Positions 45,618 to 55,378 of a stretch of DNA of 64,000 bases are shown here, piece after piece; the first letter of the stretch is position 1, and each line of letters opens with the position of its first letter. This DNA comes from a virus (Duplodnaviria > Caudoviricetes), in the IMG/VR virus record IMGVR_UViG_3300033463_000011, positions 136,234 through 200,233 of that record. One strand, given 5' to 3'. The notes beneath the pieces were generated by a model. That model was given only the letters and a program-made list of their open reading frames with translations, had not been told where the DNA came from and made no database searches. The position numbers were made by a program, and so were the translations under genes.

Positions 45618-45911
45618 TTGATGGAAGTTCAAGAAATAAACGGTGAAGTATTGAAGAAAATAATAAAATGTCAACCGGGCGAGTTCATATTTGCAACATA
45701 CGATTCTACAAAAGATCCAGAAATAACTTCTGATGAGATACAAGAATTGATTAAGTATTGCCAAGATAACAACTGCCCGTGTTTATTTTTACCTGAAAAG
45801 GATGAACAGGTATCTGTAGCAATCCAGGATTATGATGCAGAATCGTTAAGAAGATTGGAGGGGCTTGTACATCAAGCGTTACAGAAGAAATCTAAAATCA
45901 TACTGTCTTAA
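45618..45911 (+). CDS. Hypothetical protein
   Basis: AAGGAGG RBS (ATG at 45621 is an alternative start). Confidence 0.7.
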   Translation: MMEVQEINGEVLKKIIKCQPGEFIFATYDSTKDPEITSDEIQELIKYCQDNNCPCLFLPEKDEQVSVAIQDYDAESLRRLEGLVHQALQKKSKIILS

Positions 45912-45922
45912 GGAATTATGTT

Positions 45923-46576
45923 ATGAATGTACTAATAACGGGAACATCTCAAGGAATGGGAAGAGAAATAGCTATTAAGTTCTTAGCCGAAGGCCATCAT
46001 GTCTTCGGCATTGACATTTCTGAATCCACTATAACTGATAACAGATATAATCACTGTAAATGTGATATCTCAAAAGACGAACTTCCGAATCTACCTTATA
46101 ACATTCACATACTTATAAATAATGCAGGAATTCAAGGAACAGACGATGATATAAATGTAAACTTGAATGGAGTTATAAGATGTACTGAAAAATACGCATT
46201 AAATAATCCTTCCATTAAATCCGTCATCAATCAAGCAGCAGCGTCAGGAAGCACTGGTGCAGATTTTGGAAAATATGTAGCAAGCAAGGGCGGAGTTATT
46301 GCATATACAAAGTATACTGCAAAAGAAATTGCTAAATACGGAGCTACATGTAACAGTATCAGTTTTGGAGGAGTTTTATCTCCTGTTAACTGGGGAGTAA
46401 TGAATGACATTAAAAAGTGGAATAAGATAATGTCTATGACCCCACTTAAGAAATGGGCAACTGCTTCTGAAGCAGCAGATTGGATCTACTTCCTCGCTGT
46501 AGTAAACAAAAGCTGCACTGCTCAAGATATCATAGTAGATAATGGAGAAACATATAATCATAATTTTGTATGGTAA
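45923..46576 (+). CDS. Short-chain dehydrogenase/reductase (SDR)
   Basis: TGTSQGMG Rossmann motif, NNAG, YVASK catalytic motif. Confidence 0.9.
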   Translation: MNVLITGTSQGMGREIAIKFLAEGHHVFGIDISESTITDNRYNHCKCDISKDELPNLPYNIHILINNAGIQGTDDDINVNLNGVIRCTEKYALNNPSIKSVINQAAASGSTGADFGKYVASKGGVIAYTKYTAKEIAKYGATCNSISFGGVLSPVNWGVMNDIKKWNKIMSMTPLKKWATASEAADWIYFLAVVNKSCTAQDIIVDNGETYNHNFVW

Positions 46577-46684
46577 TGATATACCACGAGATTTAGTCGA
46601 TCTTTAATTCTCGCTAATTTTACTATAGAATATATCTATCTATAAAATTAACATTAAATCTCAAGGTTATGCGAAGGTGACATT

Positions 46685-46834
46685 ATGGAAAACGACAAAA
46701 CAACTTTTACAAAGTTAGAAATTTGCAAAGCATTAAGCGATAGATTTTGTAAGAACTGCAGCTCTCCTTGCAGTATTTGTAAGATAAAAGAAGCAATAGT
46801 AACTATAGCAAAAATGACTAAAGATGAAACATGA
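46685..46834 (+). CDS. Small Cys-rich hypothetical protein (49 aa)
   Basis: AAGGTG RBS, stop overlaps the helicase ATG. Confidence 0.55.
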   Translation: MENDKTTFTKLEICKALSDRFCKNCSSPCSICKIKEAIVTIAKMTKDET

Positions 46835-49542
46835 TAACTGCAGTACAACAAGGTGAAGTTTATGTTGTAAAGTTTCCATATGACAGGAACTTAATATACA
46901 TTGTAAAAACAATTCCAGGTCGCAGATGGGACCCGGATAATAAATATTGGACAATTCCTGTTGATAGGTTAGGATTTCTTATAGCACAACTTCGTGGATC
47001 TCAATATGAAGAAATGCTGCAGATTTATTCCGCAGAACATATTAATCAAAATGCAAAAATAGATACTAATCCTGCTTCAAGTATTCCTGATATTGATATT
47101 TCCAAAGTACCTTTATATGTTGAGAAAGGCAAAGAGTTATTTTCACATCAAAAGGACTTTATGAAATTTGCAATAGATAGACAACAAAGAGGGCTAACTA
47201 GTGGGTTCATTGTTGCGGACGAGATGGGCTGCATATCTGGTTCAGCTTCGATTAGAATTCATGAAAATGGAAAAAGCTATCGAGATTGCACTTTACATAA
47301 TGCATATAGATTATATTCATCTGGAGTTACATTCAAGATAAAATCTATGTGCAATGATAGATTTATGTATATGCCTATTTCTAATATAATTGATAAAGGA
47401 ATTAAACAAGTTATAAAGATACATGCAGGCGGGCATGAACTTATATGTACTCCAGATCATGAACTATATACTCCAAATGGATGGGTTAGAGCAGATTCTC
47501 TTAGAATTGGTGATGATGTATTTGCTAATGGAGATCTATATAAATGCCCTATATGTGGAAGTTCAGAAGATATAGTGACTTCTAAAGGAGCTAAATTTGA
47601 AGGTTTCTGCAGATCCTGTATGTATAAATCTAGGGAAGGCACTAGATATAAAGGAGACCAAATATATAAATCTATTAATAAAGATGGATATGTTATGCTC
47701 AAAGGGAAACCTATACGCAAAAGTCCCGTATATCAAAGATGCCATGTACTAACCGAATATGGAGTATATGAACATCATCAGGTGTGGTATGAGCATACAG
47801 GCCATATAGTTGATCCATCAGTAGAAGCGATACATCATAAGAATCATATTAAAACTGATAATCGATTTGAAAATTTAGAATTGGTTACATTATCTGAACA
47901 TGGTAAGATTCATGCAGATGCTTCAACTAAACATCTTCCCCAGAATTCTGCAGCAGAATTCTACATGTGTCATGGAGTTAAAACATGGGTCATTCCCCAT
48001 ATCGTTACAATAGATAGTATAGAAGATGCAGGTAGTGATCATGTATATGACGTAACAATAGATGACCCATATATTCATAATTTTATTGCTAATAATTTCA
48101 TAGTCCACAATTGCGGTAAGACACTAGAAGCTATGAATCTTGCATTGTATAATAAAAAGTATAACAAGGTTAAACATTGTTTAATAATTGCATGTGTAAA
48201 TTCCGCAAAATATAACTGGATAGAAGATATAAGGAAACATACTAATTGCGAATATGTTCCCTACCTTCTTGGATCTAAATTAAAGCGAGATGGAACTTTA
48301 TCGCAAGAAAACGGTAGCGAAGACAAATTAAAAGATCTAATGTATGGACACATGTATGGAAAAAAGGATGCTCCAGAACTTCCATTTTTCTTAATAATGA
48401 ATATTGAAGCATTACGAATGCGCAGGGACAGACACTACCTTATTCGAGAGAGATTAGCTGCGCTTATTAATAAGGGATACATTGGAATGGTTATCCTAGA
48501 CGAAATTCATCGCGGAGCTTCTCCTAGTTCCATGCAAGGAAAGCAACTACTTAAACTTAAGAAAGATACAGAAAAAGCAAAAGTAGAGTGGTTGCCCATG
48601 ACAGGTACCCCTATTGTTAATAAACCTACAGACGTATTTACTCCCCTTAAGTTGATAGGCGGTCATGATTTCACAAGTTATCATTTATGGTGTCAGCATT
48701 TCTGCGTATACGGCGGATTTGGAGGGCATGACATAATTGGGTACAAGAATATTCCTGAATTGAAAAACATGCTTCAAGGTAATATGATAAGACGACTAAA
48801 ATCTGAGATATTAGATTTACCTCCTAAGCTACACACAATTGAATATGTTGAAAATACATCGTACCAAGATAAATTATACAAAGAAATTCTTAAGGATACG
48901 GTAGCACATAGAGAGGAAATTCTTTCTGCGTTAAATCCTATGGTGCGATTGCTTAAACTTCGACAAGTTAACGGTAGCCCAGAATTAGTAGATCCTAATC
49001 TTGTAGTAGACAAATCATACCTTTCTAAAAATTCTAAGATGCAAAGATTAGTTGATCTAGTTGACGTAATTGTATCTAGTGGGCAAAAAGTAGTAATATT
49101 TTCCAATTGGGTAGAATCTTTAAGAACTGTATATAAATTCTTAGCTCTGCATTACAAGGTATGCTGTTTTACAGGAACAATGAAGCCTGAGGAAGCAGAG
49201 AAAAATAAGAAGATGTTTATAGAAGATCCTGAATGTATGATAATGATTGGTACTGTAGCTAAGTTAGGAGTATCTCATACTCTCACAGTCGCTAATAATG
49301 TAATCTTCTATGACTTGCCCTGGAATCCAGCTACTATGGAACAAGCAGAAGATAGATGTCATCGTGCTGGAACAACAAGCACTGTTAACATATATAGCAT
49401 TATAACTAAGGATACTGTAGATGAGAAAGTTTATAAATTGATTCAAGATAAGGATGGGGTTGCTAAGTATATTGTAGATAATCAGCTATCTTTTCACAAT
49501 AATCCCGAATTATTTGAAATTTTATTTGGAAAAAATAAATAA
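46831..49542 (+). CDS. SNF2-family helicase/annealing ATPase containing an intein
   Basis: N-terminal HARP-like domain, ADEMG[intein]CGKT, DEIH, TGTP, QAEDRCHR.G. Confidence 0.9.
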   Translation: MITAVQQGEVYVVKFPYDRNLIYIVKTIPGRRWDPDNKYWTIPVDRLGFLIAQLRGSQYEEMLQIYSAEHINQNAKIDTNPASSIPDIDISKVPLYVEKGKELFSHQKDFMKFAIDRQQRGLTSGFIVADEMGCISGSASIRIHENGKSYRDCTLHNAYRLYSSGVTFKIKSMCNDRFMYMPISNIIDKGIKQVIKIHAGGHELICTPDHELYTPNGWVRADSLRIGDDVFANGDLYKCPICGSSEDIVTSKGAKFEGFCRSCMYKSREGTRYKGDQIYKSINKDGYVMLKGKPIRKSPVYQRCHVLTEYGVYEHHQVWYEHTGHIVDPSVEAIHHKNHIKTDNRFENLELVTLSEHGKIHADASTKHLPQNSAAEFYMCHGVKTWVIPHIVTIDSIEDAGSDHVYDVTIDDPYIHNFIANNFIVHNCGKTLEAMNLALYNKKYNKVKHCLIIACVNSAKYNWIEDIRKHTNCEYVPYLLGSKLKRDGTLSQENGSEDKLKDLMYGHMYGKKDAPELPFFLIMNIEALRMRRDRHYLIRERLAALINKGYIGMVILDEIHRGASPSSMQGKQLLKLKKDTEKAKVEWLPMTGTPIVNKPTDVFTPLKLIGGHDFTSYHLWCQHFCVYGGFGGHDIIGYKNIPELKNMLQGNMIRRLKSEILDLPPKLHTIEYVENTSYQDKLYKEILKDTVAHREEILSALNPMVRLLKLRQVNGSPELVDPNLVVDKSYLSKNSKMQRLVDLVDVIVSSGQKVVIFSNWVESLRTVYKFLALHYKVCCFTGTMKPEEAEKNKKMFIEDPECMIMIGTVAKLGVSHTLTVANNVIFYDLPWNPATMEQAEDRCHRAGTTSTVNIYSIITKDTVDEKVYKLIQDKDGVAKYIVDNQLSFHNNPELFEILFGKNK
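47230..48111 (+). mobile_element. Intein (294 aa) with HNH homing endonuclease
   Basis: Starts Cys, TPDH block B, ends VYDV...HNFIANNFIVHN, +1 Cys; HHKNHIKTDNRFENL...H HNH. Confidence 0.9.
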
Positions 49543-49568
49543 TATTTAATAAATAGGAGGACATCTAA

Positions 49569-49985
49569 ATGAAATTGTACTACGACATGTTAGTTCCTTA
49601 TATGCCGGATTCTGTAAAGGACGCTGAAGGTAACTTAGTTAAGAGTGATAAGAGGGCATCTGGTAGAGATGCAATGATTGATCTGTCTAATTTTCAACAA
49701 TCAGGAGATGTTAACTCACTATATCATTCAGTACTTTCTGCATGTATTTATACAGATAAAGACTTAGTAGACGTTATCGTAAACATTCCTGAAGATGTTG
49801 AAGTACCTAATGGAACTTCCATAGATAAAGTACTGGATGATTCTGCTAAGATGCTGTTTAGTTCTATTAAAGATATGAATAATTTTGATATTAATGTATA
49901 TGTATGTAATTTGCTCACTGCAGCACATGCAATTTTAGTCAATAGGTCTGCTGAAAATGCTAAACTTGATGACAAGAAATCATAA
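49569..49985 (+). CDS. Hypothetical protein
   Basis: AGGAGG RBS. Confidence 0.75.
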   Translation: MKLYYDMLVPYMPDSVKDAEGNLVKSDKRASGRDAMIDLSNFQQSGDVNSLYHSVLSACIYTDKDLVDVIVNIPEDVEVPNGTSIDKVLDDSAKMLFSSIKDMNNFDINVYVCNLLTAAHAILVNRSAENAKLDDKKS

Positions 49986-50016
49986 GAAGTAAGCTGAAGT
50001 AAACTATAATCAGAAC

Positions 50017-50043
50017 AACAGATGTCTCAGGACATCTGTTTTT
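50017..50043 (+). terminator. Intrinsic terminator
   Basis: AACAGATGTC-TCAG-GACATCTGTT + TTT. Confidence 0.8.
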
Positions 50044-50111
50044 AATTAAGAATCGTTATAGTAAATGTGAAGCAAAAACACATTCATTTAAAATTGAAAT
50101 GGAGGAAGTAT

Positions 50112-51038
50112 ATGAGAACATCAACATTTGCATATATTGGTACAGATACGTCAAAATGCAAGACGTCAGAAGAAGTGCTTAATGCTGCAGGTCTTAATTA
50201 TAACGTAGTTAAGAAGGGAATAAAGTATCTTGGAGATGATGGAGAAACTTACTATGATTATCCAGATAAAGTTCTAACCGTCAACGAATCTAATGGAAAC
50301 ATCTTCGGCGTAGTATCTAGTAAGTATGAGATCTGTCAGAACAGAGATGCTTTTAATTTTATTGATTACATCGGTGCCGATAATGAAGGATTTGAATATG
50401 TTAAAGCAGGAGAGATATCTAACGGAGGAAGTTCAGGCCTAGTTTACATCATTTCAAAGATACCTGATATAACACTTCTTGGAGATACTATAACTCCATA
50501 CATAATTTTTCAGAATTCTCATGATGGTATGAATTCAGTCAAAGCAACTATTTCGCCGCTTAGAATTGTTTGTCAGAATCAATTCAATCTTGCTTTTAGA
50601 GAAGCATCTAATACAGTAAGAATTGTTCACTCATCTAAGATGGATTCTAGATTACTTACTGCAAGAAACATGATGCATGATGTAGCGAATTATATGTCTA
50701 CTTTTGAAGATACAGCTGAAGAGCTTGCAACTAAACGTATTTCTTTTGATAAAGTTGTTAACATTTTTAATGATGTATTCAAATATGATCCAGAAAAGAT
50801 GTCTAATAAACAAGTCACTAATTTTGAGATGAATCGAGCAGAATTCCTGAGTTGTTATAAGAACGAAGATAATCAGAATTTCCAAGGTACTGCTTGGGGA
50901 GTTATCAACGGAGCTGCAGATTATCTTACGCATCACACAGGATCTCGCAAACCTACAGCAGATGCGATGTTTGTTAATACAACATTCTTATCTGTTGCAC
51001 TCAATCAGATATTTAACAGAGTTAACGCTGCTGTTTAA
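50112..51038 (+). CDS. DUF932 (TIGR03299-like) phage/plasmid protein
   Basis: AGLNY.V, GVVS..Y...QN..AF, NSHDG, PLRIVCQN, GTAWG..N motifs; start at ATG 50112 after GGAGG. Confidence 0.85.
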   Translation: MRTSTFAYIGTDTSKCKTSEEVLNAAGLNYNVVKKGIKYLGDDGETYYDYPDKVLTVNESNGNIFGVVSSKYEICQNRDAFNFIDYIGADNEGFEYVKAGEISNGGSSGLVYIISKIPDITLLGDTITPYIIFQNSHDGMNSVKATISPLRIVCQNQFNLAFREASNTVRIVHSSKMDSRLLTARNMMHDVANYMSTFEDTAEELATKRISFDKVVNIFNDVFKYDPEKMSNKQVTNFEMNRAEFLSCYKNEDNQNFQGTAWGVINGAADYLTHHTGSRKPTADAMFVNTTFLSVALNQIFNRVNAAV

Positions 51039-51078
51039 AATAAGAATCGTTAATATCAATACATAATATTTTAGTGCA

Positions 51079-52053
51079 ATGCACAGAAAGGATCAAGTTA
51101 TGTCAAAAGATGGAAAGTCAAGAAAGTCCTATGCTTATTCCTTTAATTCAGATTTCTGGAGCGAGCAGAGAGTAAAGAAGGGGCTTACACTTAAGCAGAT
51201 TGCTAGAACACTTGGAGTATCTAGAAGTGCGGTAGGCAACTACTTTTCAGGTAAAACAATACCACATGATACTTTTATCGTGCGCGTATGCGATCTGTTA
51301 GGTGTAGACCACGATAAGGGAATGCTTGAATTTCAGCGAGCTAATCGTGCATACAATTCAGGAGCTAAGAAATCTTCTCGCTCTGGATCTAGCGTAGCAT
51401 TCTCAACTAAGCGACCTTATGTTAAGAAGGGACAGAGACCTCAACAGCCTAAGCGGTTAGACAATTTCTGGATAAACAAGAAAAATGAGTTTAAGCTCAC
51501 TAATAAAGAGATTGGCGAAATGCTTAAACTCAATGCTAACACTGTATGGGCTTATCTCAGCGGCTACCTTATACCTCCGCAGAAAGCAATGGAAGACATC
51601 TGTGATCTCTTTGGAGTAAGTATTACTAGAGGTAAGCAGGAGTTCGAATTAGCACATAAGCAGTATGAGGAAGACCATTCTGGTAAGTACTACGCACCAG
51701 CTACTAAGCCGGAGCCTGCTGCAGAACCTAAAGTTGAACCCGCTGCAGAACCTAAAGTTGAACCTGCTGCAGAACCTGATGTTATTATTTATGAACACAG
51801 TAAGCCTGCTAAGCCCACTAACTACGCAAGAGAATATGCTATTGCTTCATGTCTCTACAAGTCAATACCTTCTTATGAGAAGTTTATAACACTTCTTACA
51901 ATTATTGAGAATAACTCAAGTAACATACTTGAAGCTGCATATAAGAAGGTTGATTTTGATACCTATCTTGAATTAGTATCAGCGGTTAGAGAAGTTGATA
52001 CTGAAGATGACGATATGATGAAAGACGCTATTTTTAATCTTTTGAAGAGGTAA
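51079..52053 (+). CDS. Double XRE-HTH DNA-binding protein
   Basis: Two HTH units (LTLKQIA..LGVS....NYFSG; LTNKEIG..L.L.....AYLSG), PAAEPKVE linker repeats. Confidence 0.8.
   Translation: MHRKDQVMSKDGKSRKSYAYSFNSDFWSEQRVKKGLTLKQIARTLGVSRSAVGNYFSGKTIPHDTFIVRVCDLLGVDHDKGMLEFQRANRAYNSGAKKSSRSGSSVAFSTKRPYVKKGQRPQQPKRLDNFWINKKNEFKLTNKEIGEMLKLNANTVWAYLSGYLIPPQKAMEDICDLFGVSITRGKQEFELAHKQYEEDHSGKYYAPATKPEPAAEPKVEPAAEPKVEPAAEPDVIIYEHSKPAKPTNYAREYAIASCLYKSIPSYEKFITLLTIIENNSSNILEAAYKKVDFDTYLELVSAVREVDTEDDDMMKDAIFNLLKR
51712..51777 (+). repeat. 24-nt coding tandem repeat (EPAAEPKV, ~2.7 copies)
   Basis: gctgcagaacctaaagttgaacc repeated. Confidence 0.8.
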
Positions 52054-52054
52054 C

Positions 52055-52249
52055 ATGCCCCGAAAGCTAAACTACAAACCTAAAGGGATTCTTTGTTCGG
52101 AATGTTATTTTGCTATGAAAATTGATAATAGTAAAGAAATTTACTATTGTACAAAATTCATAGCAAATAACCGAAATCAAGTATTCAAAGGTGTCCATTC
52201 TTGTGAATTTGGAACAAAAGAAAAACCTGCGGAACTGCAGGAAGTATAA
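52055..52249 (+). CDS. Small Cys-containing hypothetical protein
   Basis: GAGG RBS, CxxC...C...C. Confidence 0.6.
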   Translation: MPRKLNYKPKGILCSECYFAMKIDNSKEIYYCTKFIANNRNQVFKGVHSCEFGTKEKPAELQEV

Positions 52250-52257
52250 CCTTTTAT
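52247..52257 (+). promoter_or_regulatory. TAACCTT(T/A) putative late promoter (representative copy)
   Basis: Copies at about 9090, 13646, 15461, 18022, 19106, 25066, 25936, 29015, 32066, 54539, 63289, mostly just upstream of structural or leader-bearing genes. Confidence 0.65.
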
Positions 52258-52289
52258 AGATATATGTTTAATTAGGAGGTTATCTGAAG

Positions 52290-52631
52290 ATGAATCTTAA
52301 ACATACAAAGATAATGGCAGCTGATGATTTATTTGACGAAAATATGAATTCTGACGAAGAGGCCTTAGGCAATCAGTTAGATGATATTCAAGACAACATT
52401 GAGGATATTCAAGATACCGTAGACGATATTCAAGAAGATGATATCGCTATTGATGTTGATAACAACATTGTTAATCACCTCATTGCAGAATGCGAAAATT
52501 GCAAAGGTATATTTATTTCAGCAATGATTGCATCTGACCAAGATGTTGATAGCATAAACGGTGTATGTCCTCTTTGTAATAAAGACACTACACAAAATCT
52601 TAAATGGATTATCAAAGAGTATCCGGAGTAA
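52290..52631 (+). CDS. Acidic zinc-ribbon protein with IMAA leader
   Basis: AGGAGG RBS; CENC...CPLC. Confidence 0.75.
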   Translation: MNLKHTKIMAADDLFDENMNSDEEALGNQLDDIQDNIEDIQDTVDDIQEDDIAIDVDNNIVNHLIAECENCKGIFISAMIASDQDVDSINGVCPLCNKDTTQNLKWIIKEYPE

Positions 52632-52774
52632 TATTTTGATCTGATTAATTAAACAAAATTATTTACTCTGGAGAATCTCATATGTCAGAAGAAGAATTAG
52701 AGTTCTGGCTTAACATCGTGTTGCCAGAAAAAGAGCAAACATCAGAAACAGAAAAGGAAGCATAATATTACTTT

Positions 52775-52806
52775 GAAACTCAGAGAAAATCTCTGAGTTT
52801 CTTTTT
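52775..52806 (+). terminator. Intrinsic terminator
   Basis: GAAACTCAGAG-AAAAT-CTCTGAGTTTC + T run. Confidence 0.8.
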
Positions 52807-52813
52807 ATACCAC

Positions 52814-53716
52814 ATGAATAATTCTATTGATGCAGTCATCTCATACGTAAATCCTAGTGATAGATTATGGGCTAAAGACTATTCCACAGCCACAGGAAAT
52901 TTCAATGTAAATGGTCCAAGATTTAGATCTTGGGGAACATTAAAATATCTTTTTAGATCTATATCAGAAAATATGCCTTTTGTGGATAGAATAGTTTTAA
53001 TTGTAGCACGTGAGAGCCAAGTACCTATATGGGCTAACAGAGACAATGTAAAAATAATTTATCACGAGGATTTTATACCTAAACAATTCTTACCTACGTT
53101 TAATAGCTGTACTATTGAATCATTTTTATGGAATATATCAGATTTATCAGACAAGATAATTTATTTTAATGATGATATGTTTGTAATAAATCAATTAACT
53201 GCAGATAATTTTTTCACTAAAGATATTCCTCATCTATATTTTGAGGGCCCTATAGGTTATTCTAAGAAAAACATTTTTCGCTCTCAATGTAGAACAGGTA
53301 TGGATATGATTGCTAACGCACTTAACATTCCGTTAATTGATTCTGATAATATTATCAAGCCCCTACATATTGCATTACCAATCACTAAAGATAGTTTATT
53401 TAAGGTTTCTGAATTGTGCGAAGATAAAATCAACAAATCTATATCTATGCTGCGAAAATCGTCAAATGTAAACCAATATATTTATTCTTATTATCAATAT
53501 TTTACTAATAACTATATATGCAGTTCCCCTACATATCAATATTTTGAAATTACAGAAAAAACTATTTTAGAAATTACAGACACTATTTTGACAAAAGATA
53601 TCCAATTGATTTGTATTAATGATTCCGACAATTTATACAATTATACAAATCTTCGCGATCAAATTCAGAAATGTTTTGAATCAAAGTTTCCAAATAAATG
53701 TAGATATGAATTGTGA
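52814..53716 (+). CDS. Stealth-family hexose-1-phosphoryl transferase
   Basis: IDAVISYVN (CR1), LKY.FRSI..NMP, LPTFNS..IE, YFNDDMF (CR2), CIND (CR4). Confidence 0.88.
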   Translation: MNNSIDAVISYVNPSDRLWAKDYSTATGNFNVNGPRFRSWGTLKYLFRSISENMPFVDRIVLIVARESQVPIWANRDNVKIIYHEDFIPKQFLPTFNSCTIESFLWNISDLSDKIIYFNDDMFVINQLTADNFFTKDIPHLYFEGPIGYSKKNIFRSQCRTGMDMIANALNIPLIDSDNIIKPLHIALPITKDSLFKVSELCEDKINKSISMLRKSSNVNQYIYSYYQYFTNNYICSSPTYQYFEITEKTILEITDTILTKDIQLICINDSDNLYNYTNLRDQIQKCFESKFPNKCRYEL

Positions 53717-54548
53717 AATATTATTTTCTTTAATAATACCAATATATAATGTTCCGCGAGAATTATTAATTGGTTGTCTAGATAGCGTAGTAACTCAACT
53801 TGCTAAGCATTCTGATTGTGAGTGCTTGCTTATTGATGATGGAAGCACTGACGGGTCAGGAACTATTTGTGATACATATGCAAGTAAATATAGCATATTT
53901 AAAGTATTCCATCGAAGTAATCAAGGAAATAGCTTTGCACGAAATTATGGCATTTCTCAGTCGAGTGGAGAGTGGGTACTATTTTTAGATGATGATGATT
54001 ATCTGTTGGACCGATACTATAATAATATACTTAATGCAGTAGCTACTTACGGTTCCCATTTCAAAAATATATGCTTCAATCATAAACGGCTTAATCACAG
54101 CGCCAATGATGCGGAATATATTGCAGTCAAAAAGAATGCTGCAATTAGGGAACCTAAAATCTATACTGTAGATAATTCTAGTTTTAACGCTCATTGTGTT
54201 ATATGGACCCACATATATAATCGAAAGTGGTTGATTGAGAATAATATAAAGTTCCCAGAAACTTATACTTGCCCAGAATTACATCAATATAGAGATGAGG
54301 ATAGCTATTTTAATTATCTTTGTTTTAACTATGAAGAACTTGTTTTGGAACTGCCCTTTTATGGTATTGCTCATCGTATTCGTAAAGGATCTACCAACCA
54401 GAATCAATTGCGTATGATGAATCTACCTAAAGGACATTATCTTGCTGATCTTTATACTGATATATTATGTCGAAATATTCAGAACGGTCGATTGCTTAGT
54501 TACCTATTTCAAAAAGCTAAAGAGTTGCAAATATCGCTTAAACCTTAA
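53706..54548 (+). CDS. Glycosyltransferase family 2
   Basis: SLIIPIYN, DDGSTDGS, ARN.G, FLDDDD, ED motifs; start at ATG 53706. Confidence 0.88.
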   Translation: MNCEILFSLIIPIYNVPRELLIGCLDSVVTQLAKHSDCECLLIDDGSTDGSGTICDTYASKYSIFKVFHRSNQGNSFARNYGISQSSGEWVLFLDDDDYLLDRYYNNILNAVATYGSHFKNICFNHKRLNHSANDAEYIAVKKNAAIREPKIYTVDNSSFNAHCVIWTHIYNRKWLIENNIKFPETYTCPELHQYRDEDSYFNYLCFNYEELVLELPFYGIAHRIRKGSTNQNQLRMMNLPKGHYLADLYTDILCRNIQNGRLLSYLFQKAKELQISLKP

Positions 54549-54623
54549 ATAATTATACCTCACAGTTAATACCTCCGAATCGTTAATTACATCACACCAC
54601 ACAATACGATTCGGAGGTTTATT

Positions 54624-55343
54624 ATGATTGATTTAAATGAAATAGAATTCAATTTAAATGATTATATTGAAATGGTAGGTAAAGAGCAGGATATAGTAAA
54701 TAATCATCATGAAGCTAGAATAACTATATATGAGAGTTTGATAGCAGGTTCATTAGCAATTCGCTCTCTTACACGAGTATCAGAAGCAAATGACAATGAT
54801 TTTAGCAAAGTAATTCCTTCTATTAAAGCAATGATTGAATGGTTGAGAACCACTGATTTTTATAAGGCTCCAGCATCGACAAAATATCATGAGCCTTTTC
54901 ATGGTGGCTTATTACTCCATTCACTTAAAGTGTATAATAGCATGATTGAGTTAAGCAAATTAAAATGTTTCAGCAAGGTTAACATTGCTTCAGCTACTTT
55001 AGTTGCATTAACACATGATTGGTGCAAGATAGGTAAGTATGAACCTTACTTCAAAAATGAAAAGAATCCAACAACGCATCTATGGGAAGAGAAATTAGCA
55101 TATAAATATAGCGACAAATATCTAGGATTAGGTCATGGACCTCAGTCATTAATGATGGTATCTAGATTCTGCACAACTCCTGCAACTGTTCTTTCGTTTG
55201 ATGAGATGTCTGCTATTAGATGGCACATGTTTACTTATGATGTAACTAGTTACGACATAAATGATTTAAATAAATGTAGTAATAAGATACCGCTAGTATT
55301 GTTAACTCAGTTTGCGGATCAATTAGCTGCAGGAGATTACTGA
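54624..55343 (+). CDS. HD-domain phosphohydrolase (YhaM-like HD)
   Basis: APAS..YH....GGL..HS, THDWCK, WHM, AD. Confidence 0.85.
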   Translation: MIDLNEIEFNLNDYIEMVGKEQDIVNNHHEARITIYESLIAGSLAIRSLTRVSEANDNDFSKVIPSIKAMIEWLRTTDFYKAPASTKYHEPFHGGLLLHSLKVYNSMIELSKLKCFSKVNIASATLVALTHDWCKIGKYEPYFKNEKNPTTHLWEEKLAYKYSDKYLGLGHGPQSLMMVSRFCTTPATVLSFDEMSAIRWHMFTYDVTSYDINDLNKCSNKIPLVLLTQFADQLAAGDY

Positions 55344-55378
55344 TAAGAATCGTTATATCTAGTAAGGAGGTATATAAT

